Origin: Bacilli bacterium | GTDB lineage: Bacteria; Bacillota_I; Bacilli_A; RF39; UBA660 | Assembly: GCA_017397685.1 (NCBI GenBank) | Contig: JAFQID010000026.1 | Span: forward strand, 153-64,152 | DNA: 64,000 bases | Direction: 5' to 3' | In this document: piece after piece, positions 34,287 to 44,886 of the stretch | Numbering within the stretch: the first letter of the stretch is position 1 | Layout of the letters: the number at the start of each line of letters is the position of its first letter | Made by a program: the position numbers and the translations under genes | The notes under the pieces: model-generated | Databases searched by the model: none | What the model saw: only the letters and a program-made list of their open reading frames with translations | Told to the model about the DNA's origin: nothing

Positions 34287-37200
34287 ATGAGTTCAATACG
34301 GAAAAAACTAGGGTTACCTGAATTAGAAGAAAATGATTCTTCACGCATTAGGAAGAACTTCAACTTGCAACCTTTAAAAGAAAAAAGTAATGAAAAAATT
34401 ACAACTTTAGAAAGAATATTTAAATCGAAAAATACTATTGATGAACCTGAAATAAATAGCAATTTAGAGACTTTAGAAAGTTTAAAAAAACGAAAAGAAC
34501 AAATATTACAAGAATTGCCGAAACATAAAAAAGAAAACAAAGATTTATGGTGGAGTGAAGGCAGAAGTTTTTTAGGAAACATAGGTAATGCTTTGTACAA
34601 CTTAATAGACCCAAAATATGAAGAAAAAAAATATATAGAAGATGAACACTATTATGCTTTAGAAAAAGAATTGAACGAAATAAATAACCAAATTGATAAT
34701 TATAATGTTAATAACAAAAATTATTCGTCAGGTTTCATTGGAGGAGTAGAAAAAGCAAATGATACTTTCGTAGGAAATATAAGGACTGCTACAAAAGGTA
34801 TAGAGAGTACAACAAAAAAGATTTTGGGTCAAACTCCTAGTAAAGAAATGGTTGATTTAAGCTTAGAAGAAAAATTAGCACAAAAAGCTAAAAATGAGTC
34901 AACTGGAGTTGGAAGTGTTGCTTTAGATGTGTGGGGCGGAATTGCAAGAATGGTTCCGCAAATGGCTATAGGCAATCCAACAGGTTCAACAATAATGGGA
35001 TTTGCAAATTATGGCGGTGGTGCTTATAATGAGGCAATTAACGATGGTTATACTGATGAACAAGCTACAAAATATGGATTAGCTATAGGAACTACCGAAA
35101 TGGCTATGACTAAGGTTTTAGGTAGTTTTAGTAATATATATGGAAAGAATAAATTAGGACAAGCTTCTCAAAAAATAATTGATAAGTTCATACCTAAGTT
35201 AATTTCTAATAAACAAATACGAAATATACTATCTCAAATGATTAGCGAAGGTGGAGAAGAGTTTGTTCAAGAATATGTTGAGAACATTGTTAAAGATACA
35301 TTACTTGACGAAAAAGGTTTATTAAAATCTTCTTGGAAAAATATTACTAACGAAGAAAATCTATCAAATGCATTATACTCAGGATTTATTGGTAGTTTAA
35401 CAGGTGGAATAATGTCTGCACCTACTGAAGTAAGTAAATATAATTATGAAAAAAATACAGGAAGAAATGCAGAAACTGGATTATCTATAAACGAACAAAA
35501 AGTATTTGATACAGAAGTGAAAAATAGAATTGATGAACTTCAAAAAAATGGTGAAAAACTATCTAAAAAACAAATAACCGAGATAGAAAATCAAGTTGAA
35601 AGTGATTTGAAAAGAGGAAATATCACACTCGATACAATAGAAAGCATATTGGGCGGAGAAAAATATAATGATTATAAAAAAATAAATGATAGAAAAGACT
35701 TTTTAGAATCAAAAATAAAAGAACTAGAGAATAAGAAAATCACAGAAACAACAGTGAAAGATAACGAAACATTACAAAATTATAGAAAAGAATTATCTGA
35801 ATTAGATATAGATAATGTTAAAAACAAATTAAGTACAGAAGTAGATAACTTAACTCAAGAAGATTATTATTTAAGAGAAAGTTATAATAACAAAACTAGA
35901 AGAAGTCAAAAATATGCTGCAGATGTAAGTAAATATGACGTTAAACAACAAGCCACTATTCAAAAAGCAATAGATAGTGGTATTTTAAATGATACAAATC
36001 AAACCCATGATTTTGTAGATTTAGTTGCAAAATTATCAGCTGATAAGGGAGTAGAGTTTGATTTTACAAATAATGAAAAACTTAAAAATAGTGAGTTTTC
36101 TATTAAAGATAAAGTTGTTAATGGATATGTTAAAGGCAATACTATAGGTTTAAATATAGACTCTAACAAAGCATTAAATAAAGTTGTAGGACATGAAATA
36201 ACACATGTACTAGAAGGTACTGATTTATATTCAGAATTACAACAAGCGGTAAAAGAATACGCAACTACAAAAGGAGAATATGATGCTCGCTTAAAAGATT
36301 TAACAGAGTTATACAAAAATATAAAAGATGCTAACATAGAAAATGAATTAACTGCCGATTTAGTTGGAGATTATATATTTACAGATACTGACTTTATAAA
36401 AAACTTATCTGCAACAAAGCCTAATTTATTTCAAAAAATATATAATGAAATAAAATATTTATATAAATTAGCAACAGCAGGAAGTAAAGAAGCAAGACAA
36501 CTAGAAAAAGTTAAAAAGACTTTTGAAGATGCTTATAAAAATAATAACCCGCAAAGTAACGAAAATACTAAATATCATATAAGTGAAACACTTTCTAATG
36601 AAATAGATCAAGTTCTTGATGGAAGTTATAATAGCAGTAATCAAGTTAAAGCAAGAAATTATACACCTAAAATATTAGTAGATAATGGTGTTACTGATTT
36701 GCCAATGCTAATGACAGCAAAGCATATAAGAACAACTGTACTTAGTGAGAATGAAGCAAGGGAAAAAGGATATATAATTAACAAAAAAGACCATTATCAC
36801 GGATTAGGTAAAGAAACATTAATGAAAGTAATAGATAGTTTAGACGCGCCTTTGGAAATATATAAACAAACTGATAAAAATTATTTAGTTATAACAGAAA
36901 TTGCCGATAAAAAAGGGAAAAAAATAATTGTACCTATAGAAGTAAATGGGAAAGGCAATTATAACAATATTTATATAGATGAGAATCAAATAAAATCTGT
37001 TTATGGTCATAAAGATTTAGGAGGCTATTTAAATTATAATAATTTTGAAAAAATTTATTCAAAAAAAAGAACTGTTTTAAATGAAGGGGTAAAATCCCAC
37101 GACATTAACAGTTCAATTTCTAATAATATACCACAAAACACTAAAAATGTCAAGGATACATCATCTACTAAATATTCTATTAAGAATAAAGAAAATAATA

Positions 37201-40200
37201 CACAAAATCTTTCTTTATCTAATAAAAATGATATAGCACCTATAAATCCTAATCTAACTTATGGAAAAGATATAAAACTACAAGTAGAAGAAGCAATAGC
37301 ACCTATAAAAGAGACAATAGATAATTTATCAAAACAAGTAGAAACTATATCACAAGATATAGCACCTGTAAAAAAAGCAGAGATTATGCAGAACACTGCA
37401 GAAGATACTGCAGAAAATGTAATAGAAAAAGAAAATACTCAAGAAAGTGCCAAACTTTTAGATTCAAGACCTTTAAAACAAAGAAAAAGTGCTTCTGAAC
37501 AAGCAAAAAAACTTTATCAAATGTTAGTGGATAAAGGTAAATATGTATCTGACCTTGCTAAAAAAACCAATAATCCTGAACTTTATGCAAAATACGATCA
37601 AATGGGTACTGCAAGAGGAACTGCTGAATATTCAATAGCAGTAGGTCAAGTTGATAATAATGGTAAAATAATAGGAAAGAGTCTTATTGATATATGGCAG
37701 CCTATTACTGAAAGCGGTAAAGAGTTTGATTTTAGTATGTATTTATTACACAAACATAATATAGATAGATATGCGCAGGGTAAACCTGTATTTGGCGAAG
37801 ATATAACAAGTGAAATATCACAAGAAGAAGTTAGTAAATATGAACAAAAAAATCCTGGGTTTATAAAGTGGTCTAAAGATATAAATACATATAACAAAAA
37901 TCTATTACAAAATATGGTTGATGCAGGTCTAACAAGTGAAGAAAGTCAGAAGTATTACAATGATACTTATTCTAATTATGTAAGAATATATAGAGATATG
38001 ACAGGAAACAATCCTATTACTATGTATAATGGAAAACTTAAAGTTAATAATCCTATAAAAACTGCTAAAGGTGGAAATCAAGATATACAACCTCTTAAAG
38101 ATAGTATGGCACAGCACACTTTAGATGTAACAAATGCTATAAGGAGAAATCAATTCGGTTTAGAGTTATACAATACTTTAGGAGAAGGTGAAAATGTAAC
38201 AGAGTATGGAGAAGATATAATAGCAAAAAACAAAGATGGTTCTTATACATTTACTGTGTTTGATAAAGGTCAACCTGTTAAATTAACTATAGATGAAGGA
38301 TTATATGAAAGTATTAAACCAACTGCGAAAGCAAATTGGGAAGATACAATAATAACAAAAGGAACAAATAAATTACTTCAATTTCAAAGAGGTTTGATTA
38401 CTGATAAAAATCCATTATTTTTAGTGAGAAACTTCTTTAAAGATTTAGGAGATGCTCCCCTTAATTCTAAATATGGTAGTAAGTTTTTTAAAAACTTTGT
38501 TAAAGCGTATAATGAAATTGCGACAAATGGAGAATATGCACAACTTTATAAAGCTATGGGTGGTTATCAACAATCATATTTTGATAACGATAAAGGTTTA
38601 AAAATGCCTTCACAAAAAGTTAGTGCTAAGTTTGTTCAAAAAATACAAAGTCTTAATCACGCTGTAGAAATGGCACCTCGACTTGCCGAGTTTATATCAT
38701 CTATTGAATCAGGGGATAGTGTACAAACAGCAATGTATAATGCTGCTGAAATTACAACAAACTTTAAAAGAGGTGGAGAAACTACAAAAAAAGTTAATAA
38801 ATATTTTTCTAATTTTCTAAATGCATCTGTTCAAGGATTTGATAAACAATTTAGAAACTTTACAGGACAAAATGGAGCAAAAGGATATATTAATTTATTA
38901 CTTAAAGCTACAGCATTTGGAATAGCTCCTTCATTATTGAATCATTTATTATTAGAAGATGATGAAGAATATGAGGAACTTCCAGATTATATAAAAGACA
39001 ACTATTATTTATTTAAAACAAATGATGAAGGAGACTTTATTAGAATACCTAAAGGAAGGGTTGTAAGTGTGTTTGGAAATGCTGCAAGAAGAACAATTGA
39101 ATATGCAAATGGAGATAAAAAAGCCTTTAAAGGTTATTTATCTAATGTAGCAACAAATGTAGCACCTAATAATCCGCTAGAAAGTAACGTTTTATCTACT
39201 TTTACTCAAGTGGCAACGAATAAGTCGTGGAATAAAAGTGATATAGTACCTCAAAGATTACAGAACTTACCTGCGGCAGAACAATTTGATGAAAAAACAG
39301 ATGAAATATCTAAGTGGATAGGTAGAACATTTAATATAAGCCCTAAAAAAGTTAATTATATATTAGATCAATATAGCGGAGTATTTGGTGATGTTTTCTT
39401 GCCTATGATGACACCACAAGCAGAACAAAATCCATTCACTAGCGCTTTTACTGTTAATAGCACTACAACAAATAAATATAGTAGTGAGTTTTATGATGTC
39501 AAAGATGAATTAACTGAAAAATCTAATTCAGTAAATGCAACTAACGAGGATATACTAAAAACAAAATATATGAACTCTGTACAAACTGAAATGAATGAAT
39601 TATACAAGGAAAAACGTGAAATACAAATGTCTAATATGACAGATGAAGAAAAACGTAAAGAAGTTAAAAAAATACAAAGTTATATCAACCAAATAGCAGA
39701 AGAAGCGTTAAATAATTATGAAAGTGTTAAAGTATATTCTAACTATAGCAAAATAGCTGATAAAGAGTTTTATATTGGGTCTGATGGAGAGTGGACAAAA
39801 GTCAAAACTGAGGATATGTACGACCTAGAAGATTTGAATATGAACGATGAAGATAAAAACAATTATTTTAAAGCTAAAAATAATATTTCTAACATTAAAA
39901 AAGATATAAGTTCGGAAGATAGAAAAAGTTTTATAATAAATGAAGTTATAAATAGCAATTTAAATGATGAACAAAAAGCCTACCTATATGATAAATACTA
40001 TGCTAGTACAGATAAATTAAATATAGTTGTTAAAAGTGGTATCGGTATGGACGAATATTTAGTTTTAGAAGCTCAGAACTTTCAAGCAGATAAATATCCA
40101 AATGGTAAAACCGTTACAGGTAGCAAAAAAAATAAAGTTTTTAATTACATCAATTCTACTAATTTGGGCTTTGAACAGAAAGTTATTTTAGCTAAAATGT

Positions 40201-40340
40201 ATTATCCATCTTATGATGAATATAACTACGATATTATAAATTATCTAAATGATAATGAAAACATTACTTATGATGATATGAAGAATATTTTAGAAACCTT
40301 AGGCTTCAAAGTTAAAGGAAACAACATAACGTGGGATTAA
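34287..40340 (+). CDS. 2017-aa virion protein: candidate ejected/polyvalent protein with an HExxH zincin motif and a MuF_C/PBECR-like module
   Basis: AGGAGG RBS. Gly-rich hydrophobic segments. VVGHEITHVLEG (HEITH at 36192-36206). HYHGLGKETLMKVIDSLDAPLEIYK...NYLVITEIADKKGKKIIVPIEVN. Confidence 0.6.
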   Translation: MSSIRKKLGLPELEENDSSRIRKNFNLQPLKEKSNEKITTLERIFKSKNTIDEPEINSNLETLESLKKRKEQILQELPKHKKENKDLWWSEGRSFLGNIGNALYNLIDPKYEEKKYIEDEHYYALEKELNEINNQIDNYNVNNKNYSSGFIGGVEKANDTFVGNIRTATKGIESTTKKILGQTPSKEMVDLSLEEKLAQKAKNESTGVGSVALDVWGGIARMVPQMAIGNPTGSTIMGFANYGGGAYNEAINDGYTDEQATKYGLAIGTTEMAMTKVLGSFSNIYGKNKLGQASQKIIDKFIPKLISNKQIRNILSQMISEGGEEFVQEYVENIVKDTLLDEKGLLKSSWKNITNEENLSNALYSGFIGSLTGGIMSAPTEVSKYNYEKNTGRNAETGLSINEQKVFDTEVKNRIDELQKNGEKLSKKQITEIENQVESDLKRGNITLDTIESILGGEKYNDYKKINDRKDFLESKIKELENKKITETTVKDNETLQNYRKELSELDIDNVKNKLSTEVDNLTQEDYYLRESYNNKTRRSQKYAADVSKYDVKQQATIQKAIDSGILNDTNQTHDFVDLVAKLSADKGVEFDFTNNEKLKNSEFSIKDKVVNGYVKGNTIGLNIDSNKALNKVVGHEITHVLEGTDLYSELQQAVKEYATTKGEYDARLKDLTELYKNIKDANIENELTADLVGDYIFTDTDFIKNLSATKPNLFQKIYNEIKYLYKLATAGSKEARQLEKVKKTFEDAYKNNNPQSNENTKYHISETLSNEIDQVLDGSYNSSNQVKARNYTPKILVDNGVTDLPMLMTAKHIRTTVLSENEAREKGYIINKKDHYHGLGKETLMKVIDSLDAPLEIYKQTDKNYLVITEIADKKGKKIIVPIEVNGKGNYNNIYIDENQIKSVYGHKDLGGYLNYNNFEKIYSKKRTVLNEGVKSHDINSSISNNIPQNTKNVKDTSSTKYSIKNKENNTQNLSLSNKNDIAPINPNLTYGKDIKLQVEEAIAPIKETIDNLSKQVETISQDIAPVKKAEIMQNTAEDTAENVIEKENTQESAKLLDSRPLKQRKSASEQAKKLYQMLVDKGKYVSDLAKKTNNPELYAKYDQMGTARGTAEYSIAVGQVDNNGKIIGKSLIDIWQPITESGKEFDFSMYLLHKHNIDRYAQGKPVFGEDITSEISQEEVSKYEQKNPGFIKWSKDINTYNKNLLQNMVDAGLTSEESQKYYNDTYSNYVRIYRDMTGNNPITMYNGKLKVNNPIKTAKGGNQDIQPLKDSMAQHTLDVTNAIRRNQFGLELYNTLGEGENVTEYGEDIIAKNKDGSYTFTVFDKGQPVKLTIDEGLYESIKPTAKANWEDTIITKGTNKLLQFQRGLITDKNPLFLVRNFFKDLGDAPLNSKYGSKFFKNFVKAYNEIATNGEYAQLYKAMGGYQQSYFDNDKGLKMPSQKVSAKFVQKIQSLNHAVEMAPRLAEFISSIESGDSVQTAMYNAAEITTNFKRGGETTKKVNKYFSNFLNASVQGFDKQFRNFTGQNGAKGYINLLLKATAFGIAPSLLNHLLLEDDEEYEELPDYIKDNYYLFKTNDEGDFIRIPKGRVVSVFGNAARRTIEYANGDKKAFKGYLSNVATNVAPNNPLESNVLSTFTQVATNKSWNKSDIVPQRLQNLPAAEQFDEKTDEISKWIGRTFNISPKKVNYILDQYSGVFGDVFLPMMTPQAEQNPFTSAFTVNSTTTNKYSSEFYDVKDELTEKSNSVNATNEDILKTKYMNSVQTEMNELYKEKREIQMSNMTDEEKRKEVKKIQSYINQIAEEALNNYESVKVYSNYSKIADKEFYIGSDGEWTKVKTEDMYDLEDLNMNDEDKNNYFKAKNNISNIKKDISSEDRKSFIINEVINSNLNDEQKAYLYDKYYASTDKLNIVVKSGIGMDEYLVLEAQNFQADKYPNGKTVTGSKKNKVFNYINSTNLGFEQKVILAKMYYPSYDEYNYDIINYLNDNENITYDDMKNILETLGFKVKGNNITWD

Positions 40341-40351
40341 AGGAGGTGTGA

Positions 40352-42334
40352 ATGAAACAAGATTTAAATGGAGTAAGAACTGCACAAGATATTGAAAGAA
40401 AATATGATTTAAGCTCTATTGCAGGAATAAAAAAAGCTGTAGAACTTAATGAAAACACGATTACAAAAGTAGAACAAGAGACCTCTAATTTATTAGAATC
40501 ACTAATAATAAACCTTGAAGGGATAGTGCTTAATGGTGCTATCTCTTTATGGTTTTATTCAGGTGTACCTTCAATGAAAAGTGAACCTGAGATAAATTGG
40601 ACTACAGAAGAACAAAGAACAGAACATTTAAACGATTTATATTACGATAGGGAAACAGGAAACGTTTATAAATATGTGTTTGATAGTGAATATAAATGGG
40701 AAAAACAATTAGATGGCAAATTAATTGAAAGTATGGCTTTAACAAATGCTTCAATAGATACTTCAGACCACGAAAGACAAGTGTTTTTTGAACAAACTCC
40801 AACACCACCATATTCCAATGGTGATTGGTATATTAACGAAAATGGTGACCTGTATATATGTCAAATCTCAAAAGATGAAACGGAAAGTTATAACAAAAAT
40901 GATTTTATAATTTCTTCACAATATACCTATAATACGAATGCTAATCACAAAGGAAATGTATTAACTGTTTTAAGTGGTAGAGTAACTATGGTAGAGGTGG
41001 GTGAAGAAGAACTACGATCTAGCATAAAGGAAACAGTGAATGATTTAAGAACAGCAGAAACTCTAATAAAGCAAAATGTTGAAAATATAAGCTTGTTAGC
41101 CGAAAAAGTAGTAGAAGTTTCTAATACAGTTTCAGGAATGAGTTCTATTCAATTAACTAGTTGTAATGAAGGTCTTTTATATTATTTATCTATAAAAGGT
41201 GAAATTGGACTGTTAGATCCTCCTGAAATTATTCTACAATTAACTAATAATAACGGAACTGAAGAATATGTACTGCCTATTAATTATTTAAATGTCTTAA
41301 ATGATATTTCAGATGAGTTTAGAATAGAAAACGGTAGAACTTCAATTATAAGGAACATTGAAATTGATGATGAAGGCAATAAAACTGTTGCTTCTGAGCC
41401 TATAATAGAGATCTACGATAATATAGATATATATCTAGCAAATGGAGTTAATACCTTGACTTTGGTGACTCCAAACAATTTAAATATTTCTGCTACTTAT
41501 TTACTAGATACCATATATACGGATAATTTCGCTACACATGTTCAAGTATCTAGTGAAATACAAAACTCGGCACAAGAAATTATGCTGAATGTTCAACAAA
41601 TTGAAACATCTTTTGAAGGGCAAATAACGAATACAAATCAATTGATAATGAATGTTCAAAATGGAATGACGAACACTTTTACAACTAGCGGTGGTAATAA
41701 TTTGTTAAGAAATACAGATTTAGCTGAAGAAACAAATGAAGGATATGTTAGTTGGAGTGGTAGTTTAAATAAACAAGATAACGTTGAAGCGGTAAATGGC
41801 ATTTCAATATTGCTTCAAAATGGAAGTGCTACACAAATAGATGAAGTTCCAAATGGTCAATATGTTTTAGGTTTTAATTATAACAAACTATTAGAATTAA
41901 GCACTGGATCTATTTTAATAAACGGAACTGAATATGTGTTAGAAGATTACGGAACTTTTGAACAAATATTTGAAGTTACTACAAACTCAATTAATATTGA
42001 GTTTAAAAGTGACGCCAATAATTCATATGAGATTTATGATTTAAGAGCAAACGTAGGAAGTGTGTTGTTACCTTATTCACAAAATCCTAACGAAATTAGA
42101 AGTAACACTGTAACTATTGGTGAGGGAATTAGAATAAAAAGTGATATACAAAATACTGAAACAACTATTGATGCAGATGGGCAAAGAGTTATAAACGCCT
42201 CAACAAAAGAAATTGTTCAACAATCAACTGATGAGGGTGGCTGGTTTAAAAAAATTGTAGTAGAAGGGGATAGTGAAATCACAGGACTTTCAATTAAAAG
42301 AGTAGGAAGGCAGGTGCATATTAATGGATTGTAA
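40352..42334 (+). CDS. tail fibre / receptor-binding protein (putative)
   Basis: 660 aa. AAGGAGG RBS. Coiled-coil N-terminus followed by a beta-rich C-terminus. Position upstream of the lysis genes. Confidence 0.5.
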   Translation: MKQDLNGVRTAQDIERKYDLSSIAGIKKAVELNENTITKVEQETSNLLESLIINLEGIVLNGAISLWFYSGVPSMKSEPEINWTTEEQRTEHLNDLYYDRETGNVYKYVFDSEYKWEKQLDGKLIESMALTNASIDTSDHERQVFFEQTPTPPYSNGDWYINENGDLYICQISKDETESYNKNDFIISSQYTYNTNANHKGNVLTVLSGRVTMVEVGEEELRSSIKETVNDLRTAETLIKQNVENISLLAEKVVEVSNTVSGMSSIQLTSCNEGLLYYLSIKGEIGLLDPPEIILQLTNNNGTEEYVLPINYLNVLNDISDEFRIENGRTSIIRNIEIDDEGNKTVASEPIIEIYDNIDIYLANGVNTLTLVTPNNLNISATYLLDTIYTDNFATHVQVSSEIQNSAQEIMLNVQQIETSFEGQITNTNQLIMNVQNGMTNTFTTSGGNNLLRNTDLAEETNEGYVSWSGSLNKQDNVEAVNGISILLQNGSATQIDEVPNGQYVLGFNYNKLLELSTGSILINGTEYVLEDYGTFEQIFEVTTNSINIEFKSDANNSYEIYDLRANVGSVLLPYSQNPNEIRSNTVTIGEGIRIKSDIQNTETTIDADGQRVINASTKEIVQQSTDEGGWFKKIVVEGDSEITGLSIKRVGRQVHINGL

Positions 42335-42335
42335 A

Positions 42336-44582
42336 ATGAAATTAAATATACAATTATTTGCTGCAAGTAAAACTCAAACAAAGACTATACAAGATAGTTA
42401 CGGAAACGACTATAAAGTTACAATACAAATAAATGAAACTTTACCAAGCGATTATTTAACTTCAAACATTTCAACTTTGAGCGGTTCAGTTAAAGTATCC
42501 AATACTGGTAGTGGCGGAGCATATTCTTCTAGTAAAGATATGTCCGCAACTATTACTTTCAAAAATGATAATTCAAGTGGAACGCAAATATCAAAAAAAA
42601 GCGGAAGTACGGCTTTTAACTTTGACGGTTCAGCTACAAAAACAGCAACGCCTTTAACGTTTAGTGGAATAAGTGTGTCTCATAATGATGATGGTTCGAA
42701 AACAGTTTACTACACTATGACTTTAAAAGTTAGCACGACTAGTTTGGCTCAAACAGTTTCAATGACTGGAACTATTGTTTTGACTGATATTCCACGTGGA
42801 AGCAAAATAAATAATACTACTTTCGATATAGAAAAAAGCAATACTTTACAGATTACAAAGTACGTTAGCCTTTATTATGATAAACTGCAAATGTTTACTC
42901 TTGATGATAATAATTCAGAAATACTCGTGGATATGTTTTTGGATGTTGAAAATGGACAAAGCATAACTGTTAGCAACTCTAAAAAAAGTGTTTATTATAA
43001 TGCGAATAAAAACAGACAAAATACAAAAATAATTTTAAAATTAACAACTTATGCTGATAACACAATGGCAACTGTTATTGGAACTGACACAAAAGAATAT
43101 GATAACAAAATTACAACACCACCAACTTTTACCGATTTTGATTTTTCTGATATAAACACAAAAACAACTTCTTTAACTGGTGACACATCAATTATTGTCA
43201 AAGGCTATTCAAATGTAAAAGTGGATATTCCAACAAGCAAGAAAGCGGTTGCAAATAAAGAAGCAACTATAAAAAATTATAATGTCAATGGTACATTGAA
43301 AGCATATGCTGACCCATTTAGTTATACGATTAACAATTTTGACGCAACGGAGTTAATTGTTTATGCGATTGATAGCAGAAACTTGCCTACAAGAGTATCG
43401 AAACCAGTTAATTTAAAAAACTATACAAAGGTAGTTAAATTAAATAATGAAGCCGAACGTGAAGGTGGAGTAGGAAGTCAAGTTACTTTTGATTTAAGTG
43501 GAACTTATTGGAATGATACATTTGGTGCTGTTCAAAATGATTTGACCGCAACTTATAGATTTAAACAAACTGACGGGACATGGCAAACAGGTGAAAGTGA
43601 AATAATCTTAACTAAAAATGGCAAAAACTATTCGTTTAGTGGTGTTTTAAAAGGTGATGCTGAGGATTTAGGATTCGATATAGCAAACTCTTACAACGTA
43701 GAAATTATAGTGCAAGATAAACTATCGAGTGTAACTTTTGCTTATTTAATAGGTGCTTCACAACCAGCGATTGCTATTTTAAAAAACAATGTGGCTTTAG
43801 GTGGAGTATATGATGAAAGTATAAATAAAAAAAGTCAAATATACGATGCTTTCATAAAAAATGCAGATTTAGTCGTGAGTAATATTAAAAGCAAAAATCT
43901 ATTAATGTTATCTAACCCTCTCGCGATTACATTGCGCAAAGAAATAGTTGGAGATTTTGAAGCGGGTACTTACACATTGAGCGTTAGCGACATTCAAAGT
44001 TCTGGCACTAGTGCTGATTATTTGTTTTTATTCGTAGGCTATTCTAGTGAAGAATATTATGTTTACTTGCGACAAGATAGACTGTCTTACACATTTGACT
44101 TACCTTGGAACGCTGAAAAATTAGTAATTTATTCACAACATGGTTATTCTGATTCTGTAGATATTACTACAACTTTTGAAGATATTATGTTGGAAAAAGG
44201 AAATGAAGCAACTTCTTATAGTTCTTTCAAAGACTTTGTAATTGAATCAGGTGAAAACGAAAATGGCACTTGGGAAAAGTGGGCTAGTGGCAAGATGATG
44301 TGTTATGGAAATAAAACAATAGAAGAAGGAGTTGCGTGTACTACAAATTGGGGTGAGCTGTATCAAGGAACTGTAAGTAATTTAATAACTTATCCTCAAG
44401 TTTTTAAAGAAGTAAAACATGTCGAAATAACAGCAATTCCTACAACGTCCGCAGCGTTTTGGATAATGATGGCTTCAAGACAATATTTGACTACTGGATA
44501 TTCAGCAATATATTTCATGCGACCAACATCAGCGACTGTTTATCCATTTATTAGTTGGTTAGCAATAGGCAAATGGAAATAG
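42336..44582 (+). CDS. tail fibre/spike-like protein with an N-terminal L27/Prp-type cleavage motif
   Basis: Begins MKLNIQLFA-ASK (an alternative in-frame ATG lies at 42324). 748 aa, Thr/Ser-rich and beta-rich. Confidence 0.55.
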   Translation: MKLNIQLFAASKTQTKTIQDSYGNDYKVTIQINETLPSDYLTSNISTLSGSVKVSNTGSGGAYSSSKDMSATITFKNDNSSGTQISKKSGSTAFNFDGSATKTATPLTFSGISVSHNDDGSKTVYYTMTLKVSTTSLAQTVSMTGTIVLTDIPRGSKINNTTFDIEKSNTLQITKYVSLYYDKLQMFTLDDNNSEILVDMFLDVENGQSITVSNSKKSVYYNANKNRQNTKIILKLTTYADNTMATVIGTDTKEYDNKITTPPTFTDFDFSDINTKTTSLTGDTSIIVKGYSNVKVDIPTSKKAVANKEATIKNYNVNGTLKAYADPFSYTINNFDATELIVYAIDSRNLPTRVSKPVNLKNYTKVVKLNNEAEREGGVGSQVTFDLSGTYWNDTFGAVQNDLTATYRFKQTDGTWQTGESEIILTKNGKNYSFSGVLKGDAEDLGFDIANSYNVEIIVQDKLSSVTFAYLIGASQPAIAILKNNVALGGVYDESINKKSQIYDAFIKNADLVVSNIKSKNLLMLSNPLAITLRKEIVGDFEAGTYTLSVSDIQSSGTSADYLFLFVGYSSEEYYVYLRQDRLSYTFDLPWNAEKLVIYSQHGYSDSVDITTTFEDIMLEKGNEATSYSSFKDFVIESGENENGTWEKWASGKMMCYGNKTIEEGVACTTNWGELYQGTVSNLITYPQVFKEVKHVEITAIPTTSAAFWIMMASRQYLTTGYSAIYFMRPTSATVYPFISWLAIGKWK

Positions 44583-44595
44583 AAAGGAGAATAAA

Positions 44596-44874
44596 ATGCT
44601 GGAAATTATAAAAACGTACTGGGTTCAAATTGTGTTTTGTGTTAGTACAATAATTGCCTTAATAAAAATCTGTAAGTTTTCCGTCGAAGGTATAAAGTGT
44701 AGTTTAAGAAATGACATTTTAAGTATTTACGATAGGTGTAAGAACGAAAAAGCGATTACTCATTATCAACTAGAGAGCTTGAAATATTCATCGCAATTAT
44801 ATTTCAAATTAAAAGGCAATTCTTTTGTCCAAGAAATAGTTGATAGAGTTAAAGAGTTTGATTTAAAAGATTAA
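44596..44874 (+). CDS. small N-terminally anchored membrane protein (lysis-cassette associated)
   Basis: 92 aa. One TM helix (VQIVFCVSTIIALIKI). Confidence 0.45.
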   Translation: MLEIIKTYWVQIVFCVSTIIALIKICKFSVEGIKCSLRNDILSIYDRCKNEKAITHYQLESLKYSSQLYFKLKGNSFVQEIVDRVKEFDLKD

Positions 44875-44886
44875 TAGGAGGATGAA

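Noticed and set aside
34287-40340. The giant ORF considered as an ordinary siphovirus tape-measure protein.
   Set aside because: Not fully excluded, since the Gly-rich hydrophobic segments and coiled coils are TMP-like. But I see no upstream tube gene and no frameshifted chaperone pair, and the HExxH and MuF_C/PBECR-like segments fit the ejected polyvalent-protein interpretation better. The refutation test is stated in the finding.
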